Assembly (NCBI GenBank): GCA_014730175.1
Contig: WJIR01000314.1
Location: 92-64,091, forward strand
Length of the DNA stretch: 64,000 nucleotides
Source: Candidatus Zixiibacteriota bacterium
Lineage (GTDB): Bacteria > Zixibacteria > MSB-5A5 > UM-FILTER-46-8
Direction of reading: 5' to 3'
Shown piece by piece: positions 63,093 to 64,000 of this stretch; the first letter of the stretch is position 1; each line of letters starts with the position of its first letter. A program made the translations under genes and the position numbers. The notes under the pieces were generated by a model. It was not told where the DNA came from. It made no database searches and saw only the letters and a list, made by a program, of their open reading frames with translations.

Positions 63093-64000
63093 ATGAATGA
63101 AAAGCGCACAGATTATTTGAGATTTTTAGAGCCGGAGATTGTTTCCAAGCTGCAGAGTTTGGAGATGCGCGCTCGACTTGTGGTCGAAGGTTTTATTATC
63201 GGGCTACACCGTTCGCCGTATCACGGTTTTTCGGTGGAGTTCGCCGAACATCGGCAGTACATGCCCGGTGATCCGATCAGGAATATCGATTGGAAAGTTT
63301 ACGGCAAAACCGACCGCTATTATGTAAAGCAATTCGAGGAAGAAACCAACCTTAAATGTTATATCGTGCTGGACTGTTCGGCATCGATGAATTACAGCTC
63401 GAAATCAAAATGGCTGACGAAGTTCGATTATGGGCGTCAACTTGCCGCGTCACTGGCGTATTTAATGCTCAAGCAACAGGATGCGGTGGGGCTTCTGACG
63501 TTCGATGAGAAAATCCGCAGGTTTATTCCAGCTCGCATGGCGCGCCCGCATCTGAATATATTACTGAAAGAGATGGATGCTGCCGAACCTTCTTCGAAAA
63601 CCGATTCCGGATCGGCATTCCACGAACTCGCCGATAGAGTAAAAAGGCGTGGGCTGGTGATAATAATTTCCGATTTGCTGGATGATTACGAGAAGATAAT
63701 ATCCGGCATCAAGCATTTCCGCCATAAGAAACATGAGGTTGTGGTATTCCGGATACTCGATCCGCGCGAGGAGGATTTTAATTTCCCGTTCGAAGCGCGG
63801 TTCAAGGATATGGAGACCGGCGAGATAATCCTCACGAATCCTCATCAGATAAAGGAAGCGTATCAAAAGCAGTTCACCGAATTCACCGAGAACCTGAAAT
63901 CGGAAACTCGGAGGGGGCTGGTTGATTTTAATACGTTCATCACTACCGATACATTCGATAAAGCCCTTTTCTCATACCTGGCGAAACGGGAGAAATTGGG
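63093..64000 (+). CDS. DUF58-family protein (MoxR-associated, vWA-like), 5' portion; continues beyond the window
   Basis: An ORF open from the ATG at 63093 to the window end: MNEKRTDYLRFLEPEIVSKLQSLEMRARLVVEGFIIGLHRSPYHGFSVEFAEHRQYMPGDPIRNIDWKVYGKTDRYYVKQFEEETNLKCYIVLDCSASM…, the DUF58 signature (…FxExRxYxxGDxxRxIDWK…). It is missing from the ORF track because no stop occurs inside the window. Confidence 0.75.
   Translation, partial: MNEKRTDYLRFLEPEIVSKLQSLEMRARLVVEGFIIGLHRSPYHGFSVEFAEHRQYMPGDPIRNIDWKVYGKTDRYYVKQFEEETNLKCYIVLDCSASMNYSSKSKWLTKFDYGRQLAASLAYLMLKQQDAVGLLTFDEKIRRFIPARMARPHLNILLKEMDAAEPSSKTDSGSAFHELADRVKRRGLVIIISDLLDDYEKIISGIKHFRHKKHEVVVFRILDPREEDFNFPFEARFKDMETGEIILTNPHQIKEAYQKQFTEFTENLKSETRRGLVDFNTFITTDTFDKALFSYLAKREKL

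Noticed and set aside
63139-63327. A 62-aa ORF at the start of the DUF58 region.
   Set aside because: It is in a different frame from the clearly conserved DUF58 reading frame that starts at 63093 and stays open to the window end; overlap artefact.
1-64000. Looked for CRISPR arrays, rRNA genes, transposase/integrase genes and prophage remnants.
   Set aside because: No regularly spaced direct repeats with unique spacers, no rRNA-like segments and no transposase- or integrase-like ORFs. The only repeats are the three MITE-like copies and the intragenic SSSGD coding repeats.

Overview
This 64 kb window is a gene-dense chromosomal stretch from a bacterium that looks like a member of the FCB superphylum. 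The evidence for that placement is three proteins ending in the type-IX-secretion C-terminal sorting domain (…QNYPNPFN…) and a fused LpxC/FabZ gene. About 60 genes can be supported from the sequence.

Reading from the left, supported content is:
- the 5' end of hisS, and a small HesB/IscA-like gene whose full-length reading requires an in-frame TGA (a selenoprotein candidate);
- a secreted papain-family protease carrying a T9SS sorting domain;
- a pth–rpsF–rpsR–(DUF2232 membrane protein)–rplI cluster, followed by a DAK2/DegV fusion, a DUF151 nuclease-family protein and a TPR/PBP1 protein;
- a cassette of unknowns ending in an NYN-domain protein;
- a translationally coupled GlmL-like ATPase and DinB-like protein, then a decayed nucleotidyltransferase/HEPN pair and a gene whose N-terminus resembles an RnfC/NqrA-type barrel-sandwich hybrid (BSH) domain;
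- mscS, and a minus-strand cluster of a TPR protein, an 1144-residue coiled-coil membrane protein and a DUF4159-like protein;
- a Mop/TOBE protein, a second DinB-like gene and divergent tRNA-Thr(CGT) and tRNA-Leu(TAG) genes;
- two tandem DUF362 paralogs that carry both a twin-arginine signal and a T9SS sorting domain;
- a MobA-like gene, an NCS2 purine permease and adenine deaminase, then an S9 peptidase;
- a TonB-dependent-receptor-like gene flanked by two copies of a roughly 155 bp miniature-inverted-repeat-like element, with a third copy near 29.1 kb;
- a sugar-modification cluster (SpsG-like N-domain, formyltransferase, DegT aminotransferase, SpsF-like cytidylyltransferase, polyprenyl-phosphate sugar transferase);
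- lipid A genes lpxB, a Gfo/Idh/MocA oxidoreductase (GnnA candidate), lpxA and lpxC/fabZ, then yifB;
- a GIN-domain lipoprotein, an orphan Phd/YefM antitoxin and a GH57 glucan enzyme;
- a sigma-54 cluster: rpoN–hpf–hprK–EIIA(Man)–EIIB(Man)–MlaD-like;
- a UbiA-family (DPPR-synthase-like) prenyltransferase, a cytoplasmic DUF362 protein and an SMR-like small transporter;
- an intact nucleotidyltransferase/HEPN pair and the start of a DUF58 gene.

No CRISPR array, rRNA gene or transposase/integrase gene was seen. The loci I judge most worth follow-up are the selenoprotein candidate, the twin-arginine plus T9SS DUF362 pair, the repeat family around the TonB-like gene, and the UbiA/DUF362/SMR cluster.
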